Shown here in pieces: positions 56,952 to 58,948 of a stretch of DNA of 58,948 nt. Position 1 is the first letter of the stretch, and each line of letters opens with the position of its first letter. Source of the stretch: a virus (lineage: Duplodnaviria; Caudoviricetes); IMG/VR virus record IMGVR_UViG_3300005512_000035, positions 1 to 58,948 of that record; one strand, given 5' to 3'. The notes under the pieces were generated by a model. The model did not search any database. It saw only the letters and a program-made list of their open reading frames with translations, and was not told the origin of the DNA. A program made the translations under genes and the position numbers.

Positions 56952-57517
56952 CCCGAGCACGAGACATAGCGAACTTTGGTGATGGGATCGCCACTGCGGA
57001 CATTGATGACGGTGCAGTGACTGCGGCGAAGCTGTTCTCTGGTTTTGCGAATGGAATTACTGAAGCAGACGCTTGGCGACTGGCCGCAACCGCTACGGGC
57101 ATCACATCTTTCTTAGTTTTAGATGCAAACTGGGAAAGAGTGGATACAGCCGGATTTGGTAAAATTGGTACAGGAATGAGTGAAGCGTCAGGTGTGTTTA
57201 CTTTTCCTTCTACCGGACATTGGTTGATACAATGCCAAATTTATTATCGGGCAAGTGGCGGAACTAATGCTTTTTTTGAAGGTTATATACAAACCACAAC
57301 CGATAATTCAACATGGCTTACTGCTTCAGCTATCATCGACGGCGGGCAATCCTCAAATGATTATGGTGGTATGTACGGGTCAATTATTTTTGATGTCACA
57401 TCTACAACAACGCATAAATTTAGATTAGCGGCGGCTTCTCAAACTTCGGCTCAAGCTAATGGAGATACCGGAACTACATATACAGGCTTGACTTTTATTC
57501 GCCTAGGAGACACCTAA
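56948..57517 (+). CDS. Short tail fibre/tip protein
   Basis: MTRARDIA; GIT.AD.WR; G.GM...SG.FTFPSTG.W; FIRLGDT. Confidence 0.7.
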   Translation: MTRARDIANFGDGIATADIDDGAVTAAKLFSGFANGITEADAWRLAATATGITSFLVLDANWERVDTAGFGKIGTGMSEASGVFTFPSTGHWLIQCQIYYRASGGTNAFFEGYIQTTTDNSTWLTASAIIDGGQSSNDYGGMYGSIIFDVTSTTTHKFRLAAASQTSAQANGDTGTTYTGLTFIRLGDT

Positions 57518-57518
57518 G

Positions 57519-57902
57519 ATGCAACCAGATTTTGTACAACAGGCTCTGAAGGCACTGCGTCCTGACACTCCTAACTGGTATGGATGGGCAAAGGTTGATT
57601 CAGATGGAAACAAGATTCCAAACGATCAGCGTATGTGTTGGGAACACGCCATTGTCATTCAAGACGGTGTAACTAAGCCAACGAAAGAAGAATTTGACGC
57701 AAAGTACAACGAGTTGGTCAACGCCTATCCGATGCAACAACTCCGAGCCGAACGCAACCAACGTCTCGCTAACACAGACTGGTGGGCATCATCTGACCTG
57801 ACGATGACAACGGCACAGACAGCCTACCGCCAAGCACTGCGGGATATTACAGAGACATACACGAGCCTAGACGATGTGGTCTGGCCGGAGGAGCCAGTAT
57901 GA
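57519..57902 (+). CDS. Tail fibre assembly chaperone
   Basis: LRAERNQRLANTDWW...YRQALRDIT...WPEEP. Confidence 0.8.
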   Translation: MQPDFVQQALKALRPDTPNWYGWAKVDSDGNKIPNDQRMCWEHAIVIQDGVTKPTKEEFDAKYNELVNAYPMQQLRAERNQRLANTDWWASSDLTMTTAQTAYRQALRDITETYTSLDDVVWPEEPV

Positions 57903-57915
57903 CGATTAGCAAAAT
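57744..57915 (+). repeat. 172-bp direct repeat, copy 2
   Basis: Matches 14..185 with one mismatch. Confidence 0.95.
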
Positions 57916-58948
57916 TGATCCAGCAGGCTTGGACATCGGCCAGATCGGTGGCCGCAGGAATCTCATCATCAATGGTGCGATGCAGGTGGCACAGCGTGGT
58001 GCTGATAACTTGAATATCACATCGGCAAGCGGGGGTGCATTTGCTTGCGACAGATGGCAATTATTTTTAAGTCTTGGGGGAACATCTCAGTTTGATTTAC
58101 AGCAAGTATCTGACGCCCCTTCTGGATTTGCAAATAGCTTAAAAGTATCTTGCGATGTAGCTGACACAGTTACAGCAAATCATTACTTGTTTTTTGAGTA
58201 CGCTATGGAAGGACAAGATGTTCAACAACTTGGCAAAGGAACATCTGATGCCAAGCAATCAACATTATCATTCTGGGTTAAGTCTAACAAAACAACTTCT
58301 GGAACTGTTGGGTTTAGGGATCATGACAATACTAGATTAGTTGGCGGCACATACACTATTAACAGCGCAGATACTTGGGAATATAAAACTATTACATTCC
58401 CCGCAGATACGACAGGTTCCTTGGATAACGATAACGCTAAAAGTTTGGCGTTGGAGTTTTGGCTAGATGGCGGAACAACATTTACTAGCGGAACTGTACC
58501 GTCTGCGTGGGAAGCTCTTGATGGTGCAGACAGAAATGGAACAAACTTTGGATTGGTTTCTAGCACAGACAACTACTGGCAAATCACAGGCGTCCAACTA
58601 GAAGTCGGCACAGTCTCTACCCCGTTTGAGCATCGCAGTTACGGTGAAGAACTGGCGTTGTGTCAGAGGTACTATGAACATATTCAGTTACTAACCAGTA
58701 TGGCTTGTCCTGCTCAATGTTATACAACATCAGCGGCAAGAGGAGGTATTCGTTTTGTGACTACTAAAAGGGCAAGTCCTGATGTAACAGGTAGCGGTAC
58801 GTTTTGTCTTTCTAGAGCAGACGGCAGTAATTCATGCGGTGTTACGATGACGTTTGCCTCAAATGACCATACGTTATATTTCAATGCGGCAGGAGCAACT
58901 AGCTTAGTAGCAGGAAACGCTACTAATCTTAATGGTGGTCTTATAAAA
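57899..58948 (+). CDS. Tail fibre protein, 3'-partial
   Basis: Open to the window end (not in the ORF track): RNLIINGAMQVAQRG...DRW...LSFWVKS...QITGVQLEVG...TPFEHRSYGEELALCQRYY. Confidence 0.85.
   Translation, partial: MTISKIDPAGLDIGQIGGRRNLIINGAMQVAQRGADNLNITSASGGAFACDRWQLFLSLGGTSQFDLQQVSDAPSGFANSLKVSCDVADTVTANHYLFFEYAMEGQDVQQLGKGTSDAKQSTLSFWVKSNKTTSGTVGFRDHDNTRLVGGTYTINSADTWEYKTITFPADTTGSLDNDNAKSLALEFWLDGGTTFTSGTVPSAWEALDGADRNGTNFGLVSSTDNYWQITGVQLEVGTVSTPFEHRSYGEELALCQRYYEHIQLLTSMACPAQCYTTSAARGGIRFVTTKRASPDVTGSGTFCLSRADGSNSCGVTMTFASNDHTLYFNAAGATSLVAGNATNLNGGLIK

Noticed and set aside
1-58948. Stop-codon reassignment, tRNAs, introns or inteins
   Set aside because: Core genes are full length in the standard code, terL and polA have no insertions, and I recognised no cloverleaf (by eye only).
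1-58948. T-flank bias for GGCC, GCGC, GATC and GGWCC
   Set aside because: These sites occur with mixed flanks; I saw no clear pattern by eye.

Overview
Near-complete genome (about 59 kb) of a tailed dsDNA phage, probably podovirus-like and marine. The window opens and closes inside the tail-fibre module, and almost all genes lie on the + strand. Order: tail-fibre and tail-tube genes plus internal/ejection proteins (1-12470); SNF2 helicase on the - strand; replication genes (SSB-like, AEP primase, UvrD-like helicase, family A DNA polymerase); a thymidine-modification cassette (5-hmdU DNA kinase-like, GT-B glycosyltransferase, dUMP hydroxymethylase-type thymidylate synthase, MazG-like and HD hydrolases); many small early genes behind repeated promoter and RBS motifs; terS, a repeat-rich interval, terL and portal; an HlyC-type acyltransferase coupled to a candidate substrate; lysis genes; GroES; capsid and head-tail genes; and a modular tail-fibre array. 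I saw no integrase, RNA polymerase, tRNA or CRISPR array. Best candidates for new biology: (1) a kinase + glycosyltransferase route to hypermodified thymine, with a matching genome-wide footprint (CCGG and CCWGG survive almost only when flanked by T; GCAGC and CCAGC are purged), and (2) a phage toxin-type acyltransferase/substrate pair. All family calls come from motif recognition by eye and all counts are hand counts; no searches were run.
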